This document shows, piece after piece, positions 1 through 12,593 of a stretch of DNA of 64,000 nt. A program made the position numbers and the translations under genes. The stretch's first letter is position 1; each line of letters begins with the position of its first letter. Origin of the DNA: Coniocarpon cinnabarinum (lineage: Eukaryota); assembly GCA_051942205.1 (NCBI GenBank), contig JAVECO010000082.1:1-64000 (forward strand), written 5' to 3'. The notes beneath the pieces were generated by a model. The model was not told the DNA's origin. It did no database searches and saw only the letters and a program-made list of their open reading frames with translations.

Positions 1-113
1 GTGTGGTGGTGAGAAGGAGGTGGAGGAGGGTGGGATAGAGGGGGTTGAAGTCAGAATGCAGGACCAAGAGTCACGTGTCAGTTTGTAATTTCGCGTTTGC
101 AAAGCACAGTTCC

Positions 114-780
114 GGCAGGGTAGGATAGTGCAATTTAGCAGATCAGAACAGCGCAAAAATGATCCTTTTCTGTAGAAGTTTTGAGACTTCCCAGGATTTC
201 CAGCTATTTTTTCCACATTTTGGTCCAATTTTTCAGTCTGGTATTGCTCATGGAGTTTGATAATTTGGTGACAGATACCCTGCTCACATAGGCAGGGTCT
301 GAAAATCAATTTTGCAAATTGCTGCAGCCCGCAATATACTTCATTTCCAACATTTTTCAAAACTTTATAGCAGATTTGAACAAAACGCTGAAATTTGCAT
401 AGAATTGTTGCATACGCGATTGCTCTTCTGATGTGATGATTTAACTATACTTACCCTGTTTGGGCTGACCGGGTAAGAAACCCAAGAGCTGCAGCCCAAA
501 CTCCACTGTATTTCCGCCAAATTTCAAGACTTCTTGAGAATTCTGACTTTAACATCAATATTTCGATGAGATAAACAGTTGTGATTCTGCTCAGAATATT
601 TCGAAATGTAAGAGTATACCCTGTCTAGCTGGGCCGGGTACCAAAACTTTCAATGGTACTATCGAAAAGCTCACAATATGTACGATAACATCCAAATTTC
701 AAGATTTCTCACAGATTCAGAATGCCAATACATAAATTTGATCAATATCATGGTTGTGAAATGGCTAAAGTGACATGATG
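114..780. repeat. AT-rich degenerate ~165-176 bp repeat array: one inverted unit followed by three direct units, junctions marked by ACCCTG..C(A/C)GGGT hairpins
   Basis: Hairpin cores at 277-298, 450-477 and 617-640, plus a half-site at 114-122. GCTGCAGCCC occurs at 321 and 488; AAATTTCAAGA at 519 and 694. 116-150 resembles the reverse complement of ~420-458. Confidence 0.6.
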
Positions 781-787
781 ATTTGGT

Positions 788-2283
788 TCAGGACAACGCC
801 TTCGCAGCACCGCTCACGTACCCATTCTGGGACCCGACCATTCCATCCCAAAGCATGACGCCCCCAAAGTTATTTCCTGCTTGAGAGACACGTTGCCTCG
901 CTTGAGCGACAATATGAGAAAGCTCTTGAGGATCGACATAGCCTGTACCTGCTCCAGGCCAGGCTCCGGCGCCGATGAACAGTTGAGTGTTGTATTGACT
1001 GGCGCCGGTGCCCTTTAGCTGCCTGCTCCATGCTTCAACGCTGTTGAGGAAGCCGTCTCCTGAGTTCAGATTACAAGGTGGGTTGTTATAGAACTGCGTC
1101 CAACTGTGCGACTTTCTGTCAGTGCGATAGCATAGGGAGTAGTCACAATGCCACAAGAATGCTTACACAAAGTCTGCTGCATGCATCAATCCGACTGGAA
1201 TACTGGCGTCCGGAATAGGGCATTGAGGTGCTGCGCTCAGATAGAACTTTCTGCCGGTACGCCCTTGTTCGATAGTGTAGAGAGACCGTAACTCTGTTGC
1301 AAAGTCATCCCAGTATTCTGGTCTGTTATCTTCATTGTCGACGTCGAAGCCGTCCACAATCACATCAGTCCCAAAAGGCCGCAGATCTTTGTCCGCCGCG
1401 TGGCCTGCACCAAACAACGACCACATGCTTCTGGCAAAGTTGCTGGCATCTGTGCTGTTCGCGAAGATGATGGACGAGATGGCCCCGCCAATACTGAGCA
1501 GGATCTTTTTATGGTACTGCTGCTGACAGCTTTGTATTTGGGTGCCTATGTCAGTACAATTCAGTAGACCCTGTGCGTTGGCTTTAGCCGCGGCTGACTT
1601 CGAGTCTGGCGGCCAGCATGCACCCCCAAGGTTGATACTGGGGTAACCACCGTAGGATGCAGATGCATCCACAAAAGCAAGAATTATGATATCGATGTCC
1701 GGGTTTTGGCACAACGGTAAGAGACTCCCAGGCTGGGTCCCTGGTGTCTGTCCAAAGTATACTGCCAGCTGACCGTTCCCGGATGATGGAGCTGCCGTTG
1801 AGCTGGCTTGAGCCGTGGAAGCAGTGCGCGAAGCAGTAGTTTGGCTTAAGACGGGCTCATTGGCGGTGCTGGTAGCGATAGAGCTTGGTTCCGCCGTCAT
1901 GGAACTGGCCTGGCCTAAATCTCGCAGGAACGTGGCCAGCCACGCGTTCAGAGACTGGCTGAAATTGCCAAGACTGTACTGCAGCTGATGAAAGTCTGGA
2001 ACAATGTCAAATTGTATCAGCAATGCTTGATCATGTGCTTGTCACGTTTTTGCATTGAGAGCAGAGAGTGTCGGAGGAAGCACGGAGGCGACTCATGCAT
2101 GTCTGCGTCCCCATGGGCTTACTCACCGGCCTCTACTTGACTCGACTGGCGAGCCTTCAAGGTCCCGGAGCGTCCTGCAATTCCGTGGATAGCCTCGTGG
2201 CCGTGGTTGAGATGAGCTGCCGCAGCCTCTTGTCCAAGTCCGGCGAGACATACGACGAGTTGAATTGAGGATCCCACTCGCAT
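788..2283 (-). CDS. GH18 class III (subgroup B) chitinase, 3 exons (2283-2127, 1995-~1167, ~1104-788)
   Basis: Signal-peptide-like MRVGSSIQLVVCLAGLG; motifs KILLSIGG, catalytic DGFDVDNE (DxxDxDxE), LSAAPQCP, QFYNN, GGVMLW; GT-AG introns restore the frame. Confidence 0.9.
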
Positions 2284-2692
2284 TCTTGGGGAAACAATAG
2301 CGATAAAGCGAATACACAGCACCCACCACAGCACTGCTGCCGCACAAAAAGATAACCCAGCCATGACTTGGAGCTAAAGCAGGCGCAGGGCTATTGAGAA
2401 AAGCGTACAAGAAGCCCCATGAATCCTGAGGTGGTGGATACTCCATCGCATTTACATCGACCTCAGGTAAATTCTCCATGGTCACGAGAGCGTGGCGAGC
2501 GAGTGGCTGGGAGTAATGAAGGCGTTTAGAGAGAAGCAAAGAATATGAGAGGGAGAAGAGTAGTCGAGGAATTCAAGTCGCGCCGTGTGTGACGTGGGAC
2601 CGCGTGGGAGGATTTTCCTTGCGTCAGCTATTCCACGAACCTCACATCTCCCGTCATTTGGGGAGTCCGCCTTCTCCGTCACACGCACCTAC

Positions 2693-3412
2693 TCACGCAA
2701 CATTTAGGTCCACTTCACCAAGCTCATCACCAAGCTCGGACATGACTCTGTCATACACACGTGCCACGTCCATATCGTACTCGTCGTCAATGTCGTAGCT
2801 AATGCTGTCCTCATCCTCCACTACTCCGCCTTCGCCCATTTTTGCAACGACGACTATGCGCGTCTTCTCGACGAGACTCTTCATTCTCACCTTTTCCGTG
2901 CCACTTACGAGTCTGGTCCTCCTTTCAGTGCCTGGCAATGGCTTATCTGTCTTGGAGTCACGCCCTTGTATCAGTCCTGCAAATGCCATATCCATCTTAT
3001 TGAGTAGACGGAACATAGTTGTTGGGCTCGGAGGGGAGAAGGCTTCAATGAAGGTGACAAGAAGCAGTGCTAGATTTAGCATGTAAGGAACCTGCAGCGA
3101 GGGTGTCCCTGAGACCCATACAATGTCCAGTACTCGCTCGATATCTTCTCCCGCCTCTTTGAAGTCCCGATACCCCGCAGGCTCAAGGGCCGCAGCCAGC
3201 GTTTCATCATCGATCTCCAAAAGTGGGCCCTTCTGATACTCTCGCTTTGCAAATCTACCCTGTAGCCGCGCAATGCTGGTGTCTACGTGATTGATGAAAG
3301 CCGTTTCCTTTGTACTACCTGGCTTGAGAGGATGAGAGCGTGGAGAGGGGAGAGAGTGTGTGGGAAAGGGCCTCGACCCGAGCTGAGCATCATCTACGAG
3401 GATCTCGGCCAT
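2693..3412 (-). CDS. TFB6: TFIIH-associated subunit Tfb6-like protein
   Basis: Intronless 239-aa ORF with PLKPGSTKE, WVSGTPSLQVPY and TEKVRMKSLVEKTR, recalled as the fungal Tfb6 family. Confidence 0.65.
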   Translation of the reverse strand: MAEILVDDAQLGSRPFPTHSLPSPRSHPLKPGSTKETAFINHVDTSIARLQGRFAKREYQKGPLLEIDDETLAAALEPAGYRDFKEAGEDIERVLDIVWVSGTPSLQVPYMLNLALLLVTFIEAFSPPSPTTMFRLLNKMDMAFAGLIQGRDSKTDKPLPGTERRTRLVSGTEKVRMKSLVEKTRIVVVAKMGEGGVVEDEDSISYDIDDEYDMDVARVYDRVMSELGDELGEVDLNVA

Positions 3413-4203
3413 AGATGTGAGCGACTGTACGAGAGGCGTGGGTATAGCACAGTGTAACAGCGAGGCACGGGTCTAGTGGAACGAGTTGGGAAGTCTCTAG
3501 ACACTGTATGGGAATTCCAGCGAGTAATCATTTGAATGGAGAAAAGTGCTCTGACTGTGCCGGTATCTTTCTCAGCATCATTTCCAGCACCTACTGATAT
3601 ACTAAGTACTACCCGATGGGGGAATAGAGCAAGACTAGAACCATAGAAGACTAGCCCATTGCCAAGGCACTTGACCTACCCAGGGACGCGTTCATCGCAA
3701 CCTCTGCCACGAATTTCTGGGTTGGGGAATGTGTATCACTAAGGTTCCAGTTGCGTGTTGCGTGTTGCGTCTAGTTCCTCGCCCAGCCAAATATCGCTCG
3801 AGGAGCATGCGGCGGGATCTGACCATGCGCCCGATTCTCGCTGCCAGCAGTCACCCTCACCCTCATCCCTCACGCCCTCTCCCTCCGCATCATGTCGCCT
3901 CGCTCGCCCTGCTGTCAACCCTTCCCTTCCCATCCACCATCCTCCTCCTCGCCCACGCACTCCGCCTGCGCCCACCCAATGCTGCAACGCCCGCTCTGAA
4001 CCATGCGACGGTGAAATTACCCACAGCCCTCAACCGTCACCGCTCCGCCAATTCGGCTGCACCAGCGTCCACCGCCCCTTAGTCTCCACGTCCGCCGATA
4101 GATCCACTCTCCATCGCCTTACACGGCTGCGCCATCCACCGCCAGAACATCTCGGCTGGTCTCGACACGGACTGTCACTCGTCGCGCCCTCCAGGCCGTC
4201 GCC

Positions 4204-5202
4204 ATGTCCGCCTCTCCTGAAGCAGCCAAGAACTCGACATCGCCGGCGCTGTCGAAGACCACCTCGAGAGGCAATAAACTGAGCAAGCTGATCAGACTCA
4301 AGCTATCATCCTATCTCCTGACACAGTTCCCGCATGAAGACACCTTCACCAAACCGGCCAAGGCGAAATCGTCTAGACGCCAGCCGTCGGAGACGCCTAA
4401 GACACCCCGGACAACACATGACAACAAGGAAGAGGACGGCAACGACACGCCGAATCCGCCGGCAGCTGATAATGGCGACGGAGAGCCTGCACCCGCCAAG
4501 GACATCAAGCGCAAAGGTGTGCCCGGACCCAAGCCTGGGTCGAAGAGATCAGCACCAACAGCTGAAATCGATGGCACGCCGAAGCCCAAGGGTAAACCAG
4601 GGCCCAAGAAAAGGAGGATGTGAGTTGCCAATGAACCCTCTGCTTCCGAAGCGTCACACACGTTGGCTCTACACCCCCATATCCTGCGGGGACTCACGCT
4701 TGTTTGTACACTGTGATACGCATCATACTGACACCTCGGCGATAGAGAGGGTGAAAACGGCGTCTCAGCTCCAGCGCCAGCTCCCAAGCTTGGTCCCAAA
4801 GCAAATCAGGGCGCTATTAACGCCCAGCTACGAGCACTCGATCGCACCGGCAAACCCTGCCGACGATGGGGCAAGAAGACTGTCGCGCTCAAGAGCTTCA
4901 CCGGGGTCAATTGGAATCTGCCTTACTGGCAGACCCCAAAGCTGAAGCGCGTCGATCTTTCCAACGACGCCCAAAGCCAAGGCACTGGCTCCAGCGATAC
5001 CAAGAACGAACCCCCAAGCAGTCAAGTCGCGAGCGAAAGCAACAACGGGAATCCCACCAGCGTCGCACCCAACGGCACGCCTGACATGAACGGCACGTCC
5101 ACGTCTTTTGGAAATGGAGCGCCATCTGCTGTAAGTGACAACGTGCCAGATGCTCAAGGCTCTACTGCCCAACCCATAGACGAGGCGACATCTAATGAGT
5201 AG
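4204..5202 (+). CDS. IES4: INO80 complex subunit Ies4, 2 exons (4204-4619, 4746-5202)
   Basis: Spliced product contains GPKANQGAINAQLRALDRTGKPCRRW and KSFTGVNW, typical of INO80_Ies4; GTGAGT..CTGAC..TAG intron. Confidence 0.85.
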
Positions 5203-5931
5203 TACGTAAACATATCTTTGTCTAAGCGAGCATGCGAGCACCGACTTTAGACACTCTTTCGGTATCATTAAAAAATCTAGCGAGGCGTGGGGGAAATCTT
5301 TGGGTTAGCATGTTTGGGGAAAGAGCCCAGGTCTTTCTACCGTGACAGTGGGAGGTGGCATGGAAGGAGCTCGTTTATCGTGCTTCTGTACACTCTAGGT
5401 ATTTTCAAGGTAGTTGATAATTGTCACGCCACATGATTTATTGAATCAACCGATCGTTTTGTCTTATCTTCCGATCATGCATTGCGAAATCAATCACGTA
5501 GCGTCTTCTGCGAGTCACCTGCGCCAGGAAGGGTTCCGTTCTTAACGCCGCCGCAGACCTGTCGACTACGTCAACTAAGCTTCACTTTCCGCGCAATCCG
5601 CAACAGCCTTCAAAGACGATCATATTTTGTGTGTGGCTTTTGAGCTCTCTGGCTATTACAGCATGAGTGAACCAGCGTTCGATTGTCCGGCAATCCTTGC
5701 CATCCGGTCTGCTTCGTAGAGACCGAAACAAGGGTATGCCGCTATCTAAGATACGCCCGACTCTATTACAAACGCCAGCGTACCTACAAGTACAAGCAGA
5801 GCTTCTCATAGAAAGCACGAGCGAAGTCAGCAGGCTAAATCGAGACCTGGAGTCACTGATCCCCAATACCGACTTGCGCTGCGAAACGTGCTCAACTCTT
5901 CGCGGCTAAACGTCTCGTCGCCTCCGAGAGG

Positions 5932-8213
5932 ATGAGACGATCCTCTTACGCATCAGTACTCTCTGGAAATCCTGGTGCTTCGTCCAATGCTCCTCGCTCC
6001 GGCTTTCTGTCTCACTCCGCAGGGCCCAGTCACTCTTCCACACCTGTTTCGCAAAGCAACCGATTGCAACGTCCCCAGCTCCACGACCGCAGTCCTTTGC
6101 ATTCGAAGTCTGAGAGTCAGGTAAATTTGGCCAGCAAGCGCTGGTCGAACTCGCCAGGAAACATGGCGGAGACACACAAAAGCAATACATTCGATCCGTG
6201 GCCAGACCATTTCACCCCATCTTATCTGGCATCCTCGAGACATATGGAACGACTGCGAGAACGGCAGAGAAGTCGCGCCACGTCACCAAAGGAGGGTCGT
6301 CCAAGTAAACCATCGATGGGCTCATTGTCGAGAAGTGCAAGCGGAGCAAACCTTCACAAAATGGTTCCTTCACATAGAGGAATGACACATGAGATAATCG
6401 AGAGGCCACTGCGGTTATCCGCGGAGGAAGAGTTTATTGCGGACATACCCAGTCGACTGAGTACAACGGCGAAAGCTGCCGGCATTGAAGTGGCCTACGA
6501 CGGCAGTGAAGCAAAATTCAATGGACCTGTGAAAGAACGCGGAACAGACGAGGGCTTTGCCATTCGAGCTGACCGGCCCATGCCGAGGGAAGTTGGCGTA
6601 TATTACTACGAGGTGACGGTGCTGAGCAGAGGCAGGGACAAGTATGGATAACCTCGTGACCCAGAAATGGAAAAGCCTGATTCATACTGACTCAAATCAG
6701 TCCTGTTGCCATTGGCTTCTCTACGGAGTCTGCAACCCTTCACCGGATGCCCGGTTGGGAGCCGGAGTCTTGGGCATATCATGGCGATGATGGCCACAGC
6801 TTCTGCCAGACTGCCTCAAGTAAACCGTACGGTCAAAAGTTTGGCTTTTCCGATGTTATTGGTTGTTGCGTGAACTTCAAAAACGGGACCGCTTTCTTTA
6901 CGAAGAATGGTGTTGCAAATTGTTAGTTTGCACCTTTGGCTTTGAGGGCAACTCGACTGACTCTGAAAAGCGCTGGCATTCAAAGATATCAAGCACGACG
7001 GTTTGTATCCTACGATTGGTTTCAAGCGCCCAAATGATCACATTCGCGTCAACTTTGGTCAAACTCCGTTTGTATTTGATATTGATGGTTACGTGAGAGT
7101 AGGTTGCTCTGTGCGTGCGTATTTGAGCGTGCGTTGTTGACGCGAAAGCAGAGTGAAAAGGATGCGATCCGACGTGAGATTGAAAGAGAAGACGTATCAC
7201 ATCTACATAACAGCAAGCAAGAACATCTCCTGGAACAAGAGCTCATTGCGCAATACCTTGCGCATGACGGGTATATCGAGGCAGCTAAAGCCTTTGCGGC
7301 GGAGGTGCAACGAGATCAGACACTTCTGAAAGGGAATGAAAGCACGCCTACACAGTCCCAATACAGAGAGGAGCCTGATGCCTTGCACAGACAGCGTGAG
7401 TCCTATCCGGTCTCTCAGCCGGACAGCAACCTAACTAGCTGCACAGAAATACGAAGTGCGATACTGGATGGTAATGTGGATGAAGCACTTGTCCTTACAA
7501 ACAAACATTATCCTCTAGTCCTCACAGGCAACGAGAACATTTATTTCAAACTAAGGTGCCGGAAGTTCATCGAGATGATTCGACAATGCACAGAACTCCA
7601 ACCGTCTTCCAAGTCAAAGCGAAATCCACGGAGCAAGCCGACTAGTAACGGACATAGCCCGCCGGTTCAACAACTGCATTCAAACAGCTCGCATGGGCGG
7701 ATGGATGTAGACGATGATTGTGATGAAGGCGCCATTGACGATGACGAAGATGAGAACGGACACGAAGCCATGCAGACCTCACAGCCTTCGGACACCTTTG
7801 CAAAGCAAAACAACATTGTCAACGAGGCGCTGAGATATGGCCAAGAACTCCAGAGCGAATTCAAGGATGATCCACGGAAAGAGATTAAGCAAGCCTTGGA
7901 GGACACTTTTGCTCTCATCGCCTATCCTGATGCACGACAGTCGAGTCTAGCACATCTGCTAGAGCCGGACGGGAGAGTTCCCGTGGCAGAGGAGCTCAAT
8001 GGCGCCATTCTAGGTGAGGCCCTGCGAGCGGGAGACACCCAAGCTTAAAGCTTTACATGAGCTAATGTATGCACAGTGTCTTTGGGGAAACCGCCCAATG
8101 CTGCCCTCGAGCATCTCTATCAACAGACGGAGGTGCTCGTGAGCGAACTCGGCAATAGCAAGGGCGGGGACGCGGCGAGCTTAATCAATGCCCGGCATGA
8201 TTACCTGCGATGA
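5932..8213 (+). CDS. RanBP9/10 (RanBPM; Vid30/Gid1-type) SPRY-LisH-CTLH-CRA protein, ~6 exons
   Basis: SPRY motifs YYYEV, PGWEPESWAYHGDDG and NFGQTPFVFDI; LisH IAQYLAHDGY; CTLH; CRA FALIAYPDA..VAEELNGAIL. Confidence 0.9.
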
Positions 8214-8674
8214 CAATGGCCGAGCTGTCTCAACAAGACTGATGTATTTGTGCGTCGAGAATTCCGGTCGAGTTGAAGGGAGGCCTGGGGAAGCCCTGTA
8301 CATACCAAGGAAGCTGCGGCTAGAGGCCGTGTTGTCTTTGTATACATACTTGAACGCAAGGATGAGCAGTAATGAGGATGACCAATGTGTGCACGGCAAC
8401 TGAAGTCGGTGTCTCAGTCTGCACGTGCGAGGTGGCCCACGAATTGATCTGGCGCTGTGGTTGAGCTCCTTTGTGAGCGGTGTGCTCATGTCGGTGTCTG
8501 TCAGTCAGGTCAGGCGCAGTCATGGTTCTCGCTCGCCGCCCGAGCGAACACGTCAACTTCAGAACGAGTTCACGGCGCTCATATACAGGCATGGGTGGTG
8601 TAGTGACTCGAGCGAAGTGGAGAGGCGACCAAGTAGACGGCCTCGCGCGGTGAGCCGTGACTCCCCCATCGTAT

Positions 8675-8704
8675 CCATCAGCCATCAGCCATCAGCCATC
8701 AGCC
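8675..8704 (+). repeat. (CCATCAG)4 heptamer microsatellite
   Basis: Direct reading: ccatcagccatcagccatcagccatcagcc. Confidence 0.9.
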
Positions 8705-9876
8705 GGCTCGCTGGATCTGGTGCACGGATACAGACATCGAGCCTCAGGGACACGCCGCAAGAGGGCGAGGCAGCACGATTCGCGTCTCGCAGCGGTCTCT
8801 CCTTTCAGCAATACCTTACACTGTGTGCGGTGCTGTTGAATTACGTGATGGGCATCGTGGGACCCATGAGCGCGGTCTCGCATACGCCGACGACGGATTG
8901 CCAGAGCTCTTCATCACACGCACCGTGAGCAACAGAACCCATGCGACCGGCGAGACAAGCCCGTGCGTGGACTCTCGCCGATTGGTCCAAAGTGGTGCAT
9001 TAGGCGTGCTTTTTTCCTGCAGCTGGCGGGCGTTTTCACTTCCCTCATGGAGATCTCCCCTCGCTCCTTCTTGCCCACACTGGCAGACTTCCTCCCTCTC
9101 TCCTCCGGCGCCTGCAGTCAAGCTTCATTCAAGCATGAATATGCACTGAAATGATACCCGCCGTGCCTCGATTAGGCGAATAAGGTTCACACATGCCTGC
9201 CACCGATCCTCGCCACCCTGGTCCCTTGCGCGCTCCTATTCCCAAATCTGTGGGCACGATCATGCGGGCTGGCCAGACCATGCCACCATCAAGCAGCAGC
9301 GGCTCACGGGCGACTTCGCCTTCACCACTCTGTGCTCGTCGTGACATCCGAGACTCTGGTCGCGATGGCGTGCATGTCTCGAGGGGTCTCTGTCCCCGAG
9401 CGCGGGACCCCCTCGTCTCCATCTCGCTCATCTACGAGATGGAGCCTCCGGAGCGAGAGGCGCATCTGTAGATGCGATCTTGCCAGCGTCTCCCAACACT
9501 CCTCTACAGCGTGCAGCCATCGGAGGCGCCATCAGCTCGGTATAGCGGACAGCACGTCGCTGGCCAGCTGGTAGCTAATAAGATAGCGTCCGAGACCGAT
9601 CCACGGCTTGTGCGCTCCACTTCGCCTACTCACTAAACAGCTAGTCGTCATATCTGGCCTACTAGTGTTTAATAGAGATTCCCTTCCCAGTACCGCGGCG
9701 CCACCATGGATGCACTGAAAACTCATCGTTCGGCGCTGGCGAGCTGCGTTTGAGGCTTTGCTTGGGTCAGTCACGCGTGTCAGACGCCTTCACTGGGCAT
9801 TCAAAAAGAAGGCGGTGCGAAGTCTATTGGGGGGTGAGTGTGTGCGTGGACGAGTAGTGGTGCAACCAGCAGAGCT

Positions 9877-12114
9877 ATGAGTTGGTGGCAAAGACTCCTG
9901 AACAGATGCGGCTACGATAGCGAGCGTAGACCGCTGCTGCTCAAGGTCCGATCATCGAAATGGTTCATTTTAGCGACGGTATCGACGGCGACGTTTACGG
10001 TGAGTAAGCATTCCTTCATGGGAAAGATGTAGAACTAGTTAGGACGACCTGGTCGGCAGAGTATACAGGCTGACAAACAACTTTTCCATAGGACATCTTT
10101 CTTTATGGAGTCATTGTTCCTGTTGTGCCCTTCGCCCTAACATCGCGGGCTGGTGTGCCTGAGGCGAACGGCAAGTATTGATCCTGCATTACAACTCTAT
10201 TGCAATCATCGACCCAAAGAGTACTACGGTACGGCAATTTTGGCTGACACTATGTAATCAGTTCAGTACTGGACATCCGTGCTGCTCGCAGTCTATGGCG
10301 CAGCACTTCTTGCAGCATCTCGTATGTCCCTATTTTCTCTCTTAGTCTACCTGAGCTGTACTATGCTTCTCCCTTCAAATCTATGTGAGAGAGTTTCGTG
10401 GGAGAATTTTGGCTGCCTTCGGTGGATCCCATCTACCCGGTTCCGATGACAAGAAGGGCCCATGCAGGACCCTTGCATACACTTGCTAACGCATGCTTTC
10501 AGCATTCTGTGGCTGGATAGCCGACCACACCAGCGGCCGCCGGAGCAGTCTCATCTTTGGCCTCGTTGTCCTCGCAGCTGCCACGGCCCTTCTCGCCATT
10601 GGGACATCAGTCACACTGCTCATCATTGGCCGTGTTCTCCAGGGTCTCTCCGGTGCAATCGTATGGATTTGTGGCTTAGCCTTGCTGGTCGACACAGTTG
10701 GCCCAGGCAATGTCGGCCAAGCAATGGGCTATGTGGGCACCAACCTCAGTCTTGCGCTATTTCTTGCGCCTTTGTTGGGAGGTGTAGTCAACGATGCAGG
10801 AGGCTATGAAGCTGTGTTTGGGATGTGTTGGGGCTGCATTGGACTCGATATTGTTCTGCGACTTGTCATGATTGAGAAGAAGGTCGCTGTGAAGTGGCTG
10901 GGAGTCGAAGAAACTTATGGGACGCCTAAGCCCGATATTACAGCAGGTGAAGAAAACCCACATCAAGATATCGAGCAGGCCCCATCTGCCCGGAGTGAGG
11001 ATCCTGAGAAGCGGGCCTCGACCATGACGAGCGACAGTGAGCCCTCTCCACCAGCCGAGACCTGTTCATACCCAGGATCTACACGCGAAGCAGCCACACC
11101 AACTCCGATCGGCAGCATCAACGCCCTTTTAGCCGCCGACGTCCAGAAAGAGGACCGTCCAAAGCGATTGTCCTCACCGCGACCTTCAGTAACATCAACA
11201 CTTCGGCCACGATCCCTCGCCGCCCGCATTCCTATGCTCACGCTTCTCTCCTCCCCACGCATGATTGCCGCCCTCTACGCCACCCTCATCCAAGCCTCAC
11301 TACTCACTGCCTTCGACACGACCCTTCCTCTGCGAGTTCGGGGTCTCTTCAACTGGACCTCCCTCGGTGCTGGACTTATCTTTGTGCCTATGACCGTACC
11401 CTCGTTCTTCGCACCGTTAATCGGGTGGTGGATCGATCGACATGGTATGCTATCTTCCGTTCCCTTCCCTCCCCTAATCGCATCGCAACACCCCTTTTTC
11501 CGTCAAAGCACCTTTATGAAAAAAGTTCCCAACACTGTGCTTACACGACCTCGTCCACAGGTCCCCGCTGGTGCGCCACCCTCGCCTTCACCCTCGCCGG
11601 CCCCTTCATCATTATTCTGCGCCTGATAGACACCAATACCCTCCCTCAGAAAGTCGGCCTCTGCGCCATTCTCACTGGCGTTGGTACCTCCCTCGCGTTG
11701 ACCATCCCCCCTTCCATGGCCGAAATCGGCAACGTCGTCGTCGAGATCGAGGCGCAGCGTCCCGGCGTCTTCGGCAAAAAGGGCGCCATGGCCCAGGCGT
11801 ACTCGTTGTTTAATCTGTGTTTTGCAGGAGGCTGTTTGGTCGGACCTGTTCTGGGAGGCTTGCTGAATGAGAAGAAAGGTTGGAGCGCCATGACGCTTGC
11901 GCTGGGTGTGGTGGCTTTGGTGAGTTTGGTGCCTTGTTTGTGTTTTATTGGGGGCCCGATCTGGGGGTCCAGTGGATGGAGGTGGAGAAAGCAAGATCGG
12001 ATGAGCGGTGCGAGGCGTGAGGGAGAGGGTGAAGGAGGAGGAGATGGCGATGAGCGCCGTGGACGCCTGAATGGCTCAGAACGGGTTTCTGGGCGGGACG
12101 CGGCGACGAACTAA
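9877..12114 (+). CDS. MFS transporter (vesicular amine transporter-like / DHA1), 5 exons
   Basis: Motifs FTDIFLYGVIVPVVPF, GWIADH..GRR, GRVLQG and AQAYSLFN; multiple hydrophobic helices; introns start at ~10000, 10171 (GC donor), 10322 and ~11444. Confidence 0.9.
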
Positions 12115-12425
12115 AATCTGGAGGTGTTCTGTCATTGTGCGCGTATACGTGATACCTCTGCTTGACGCCCTGCTTAGACGTAACGATAATGTAATGAACG
12201 CTTCATGACTTCGTCTGTGTTTCTGTCATTTCATCATCATTACACAACTGGCACTGGGGTTGCACAGTGCAAACACGGGTCTGCGTCTTTGCTTAAGAGC
12301 TTCACAACATTTCTTTTCTCTTCAGGATTTTTGCTCTAGCATCTACCAGTCTGCATCCATCGTTGTCGACGCTTGATAGCAAGTTATAGCATCAAGTTGA
12401 CACTCGACGACTGCATCGACGGGTC

Positions 12426-12570
12426 TACTCAACGGTCACGATACTCAACGATCACGATACTCGACCATTACTGTTGAATAGAGACCAACGACTCGAACGA
12501 CCTGCACGACTCGACCGGTACCAACCAATCAACGACATAACTGAAGATACGAACGAATCAACGACATAAC
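12426..12570 (+). repeat. Short tandem/direct duplications upstream of the 12594 ORF
   Basis: 16-mer TACTCAACG(G/A)TCACGA x2.5 at 12426-12466; AATCAACGACATAAC at 12527 and 12556. Confidence 0.75.
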
Positions 12571-12593
12571 CGAGAAGCAAAGAAAAGTAAAAA

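Noticed and set aside
114..780. CRISPR-like array interpretation of the periodic hairpins
   Set aside because: Repeats are highly degenerate, 'spacers' are ~150 bp and mutually similar, the context is eukaryotic and there are no cas genes.
8213..9870. Several 100-167 aa ORFs upstream of the MFS gene
   Set aside because: Overlapping on both strands with no motifs; consistent with chance ORFs in GC-rich promoter DNA.
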